Source of the DNA: Actinomycetota bacterium
GTDB lineage: Bacteria > Actinomycetota > Actinomycetes > Actinomycetales > Microbacteriaceae
Direction of reading: 5' to 3'
Assembly (NCBI GenBank): GCA_041158865.1
Contig: JBEBAN010000002.1
Coordinates: forward strand, 2,471 to 66,470
DNA: 64,000 nt
Positions within the stretch are counted from its first letter, which is position 1. Each line of letters starts with the position of its first letter. The notes under the pieces were generated by a model. The model did no database searches. It had not been told where the DNA came from and was given only the letters and a program-made list of their open reading frames with translations. Positions 62,293-64,000 of the stretch are shown piece by piece. The position numbers were made by a program, and so were the translations under genes.

Positions 62293-62721
62293 ATGAGAGG
62301 CTGGGGACTTCCTTACGTTCTAATGGGGCTTCAGGCAATCCTTTGGGCAATCTTTATTGGTTTTAGAAAAGAAATTTCCAGAAAAAGATTCTCAACCAAG
62401 GATGTAAACAAAAGTCTGTTCTGGTTATGCGTGGTTTCAGTAGCTGCAGCAATGGTGAGTTCCGTCAGTGTGGCATTCACTGTTCCATCTCAGCGCGAGC
62501 TCTATCAGGTGATGGGTGCGCCTTTCATCATCACTGCGCTTGTGACAACGGCAATCTCGTTAATGTACTTGATCTGGTCATTTAATCACTTCGATTTCTG
62601 GAAGCTAACAAAGGGAAAGCCCACAAATCCAAAGGCTCGCAAATTACATCTGCGCGTATCTCTGGCCACTTTTATCGTTGCAGCCGCATGGTTGCTCTGT
62701 TGCTTCTTGATTTGGGTCTAA
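62293..62721 (+). CDS. Hypothetical membrane protein (about 4 TM)
   Basis: 142-aa ORF filling the gap between mmsA and hisN; alternating hydrophobic and basic segments. Confidence 0.6.
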   Translation: MRGWGLPYVLMGLQAILWAIFIGFRKEISRKRFSTKDVNKSLFWLCVVSVAAAMVSSVSVAFTVPSQRELYQVMGAPFIITALVTTAISLMYLIWSFNHFDFWKLTKGKPTNPKARKLHLRVSLATFIVAAAWLLCCFLIWV

Positions 62722-63498
62722 TTACTTATGAAGCTGTGCCATAGAAATTTCATGTAATTTGCCATTGGTGGCAAGCACGCTTGAAGATTCTTCAGTGAGT
62801 GGTCCGTCGATGGCGGTGAAGGTTCCACCAGCCTGTTCAACGATTGGCACTAGGGCGGCGATGTCGTAGAGCTTGAGGTCGTGCTCGGCAACAATCTCCA
62901 AAGCGCCTTCTGCCAGCAGCATGTAGCTGTAGAAGTCGCCGTAGGCGCGGGTGCGCCATACCTTGCGGCTAAGGGCAATCAATTCCTCAAGGTAACCGTG
63001 GGTGTCCCAGAGTTGCAGGTTGTTGTAACTCAAGGAAGCGTGCTCAAGGTCTGCGATTCCGCTTACCTTTAGGTCGCGAACCGAGCCGTCGATGTCTGCG
63101 GTTTGGGCAACGCCTGGAGCCGCCCACCAACGTCGTCCCAGTGCCGGCGCCGATACCACCGAGACCACAGCGTGACCATCAATCGAAAGCGCGATTAGAG
63201 ATGCCCATACCGGAACGCCGCGCATGTAGTTGGCAGTTCCATCGATTGGGTCAATGATCCACTTGCGGGTGGTGGAGCCAGAGTTACCGAACTCCTCACC
63301 CACGATGCCATCTTCAGGGCGCTCGGCGGCCAGGATCTCTTTTACGGCTAGTTCCACGGCTCGGTCGGCATCGGTGACAGGGGAGCGATCTGGCTTGGTC
63401 TCGATGGTTAGGTCAAGTGCGCGGTAGCGAGCGAGCGAAATGGCATCGGCAGCATCGGCTAGCTTGAGAGCAAGTTTGAGATCGTCTGAGTAAGTCAC
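62722..63498 (-). CDS. hisN: Histidinol-phosphatase (IMPase family)
   Basis: KPD.SPVT.AD, GEE, WIIDPIDGT.NYMRGVPVW, RTRAYGDF. Confidence 0.9.
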   Translation of the reverse strand: MTYSDDLKLALKLADAADAISLARYRALDLTIETKPDRSPVTDADRAVELAVKEILAAERPEDGIVGEEFGNSGSTTRKWIIDPIDGTANYMRGVPVWASLIALSIDGHAVVSVVSAPALGRRWWAAPGVAQTADIDGSVRDLKVSGIADLEHASLSYNNLQLWDTHGYLEELIALSRKVWRTRAYGDFYSYMLLAEGALEIVAEHDLKLYDIAALVPIVEQAGGTFTAIDGPLTEESSSVLATNGKLHEISMAQLHK

Positions 63499-63507
63499 GA
63501 TTCCAGA

Positions 63508-64000
63508 TTAACCTGCCAGCGAAGCCAGAAGGCGACGCAAAGAGTCGACACGGTTATCCTTCAGGGTTCCAGCAGCGACGGCGTCGTCGAGGTCGCAGTC
63601 CGGTGAATCCTCAAGGTGGCTGCAATCTCGTGGGCAGTTTTTGGCAACTTCCCAGAGGTCCTCAAAACTCTTTAGTAGGTTGTCTGGATCGATGTGACCG
63701 AGACCAAACGAGCGAACACCAGGGGTGTCGATGATCCAGCCGTCGCCAAGGTCGATGGCACGAGCCGATGACGAAGTGTGACGACCACGTCCGGTTACCT
63801 CATTGACCACGCCAGTGGCACGTTCGGCGTGCGGAGCCAGCGCGTTTACCAGAGTCGACTTTCCAACACCGGAGTGACCCACGGTCACTGTCATGTGCCC
63901 TGCCAAAAACGCATGAAGTTCATCGAGTTTTGGATTGTCCTGGCTGGTGCGAACCACTGGGATGTCTAGTTCCGAGAAGCTGGAAAGGAACTCGGTTGGG
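63508..64000 (-). CDS. rsgA: Ribosome small subunit-dependent GTPase A, 3' part (5' end outside window)
   Basis: GHSGVGKSTLVN, GRGRHTS, IIDTPGVRSF, CPRDCSH...C; frame open to the window edge. Confidence 0.93.
   Translation of the reverse strand, partial: PTEFLSSFSELDIPVVRTSQDNPKLDELHAFLAGHMTVTVGHSGVGKSTLVNALAPHAERATGVVNEVTGRGRHTSSSARAIDLGDGWIIDTPGVRSFGLGHIDPDNLLKSFEDLWEVAKNCPRDCSHLEDSPDCDLDDAVAAGTLKDNRVDSLRRLLASLAG

Overview
A 64-kb, very compact chromosomal segment of moderate GC from an actinobacterium. Gene content, overlaps and codon style suggest a streamlined freshwater Microbacteriaceae of the Rhodoluna/Aquiluna type (inference, not database-confirmed). Most of it is housekeeping: ilvDBNC, serA, leuB, ilvE, gltX with tRNA-Gln and tRNA-Glu, leuCD-murA-acyltransferase-gpsA-ddl, thiL, cysKE, glpX, mmsA, hisN and rsgA. 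It also carries pyrimidine salvage genes, a nucleoside-type ABC transporter and a C50 carotenoid cluster (crtB-crtI-crtYe-crtYf-crtEb). I found no IS element, prophage or CRISPR array. The notable items are: (1) a >10-kb tightly coupled operon encoding an FN3 surface protein, MoxR, DUF58, a transglutaminase-like protein lacking catalytic Cys/His, and a membrane protein with six tandem acidic-Thr repeats resembling kinase/FHA docking sites; (2) an intact P1B-type ATPase homologue lacking the phosphorylatable Asp and the metal motif, coupled to a lipid-kinase gene; (3) an insert between ilvC and serA encoding a secreted protein with eukaryote-like Cys-rich repeats, a large propeller surface protein and an orphan degenerate wHTH-nucleotidyltransferase; (4) pervasive leaderless promoters, including two 23-24 bp bidirectional promoters whose -10 hexamers share a central TA; (5) strong preference for the CTA Leu codon in ilvC. 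All family assignments come from motif recognition only; no searches were run.
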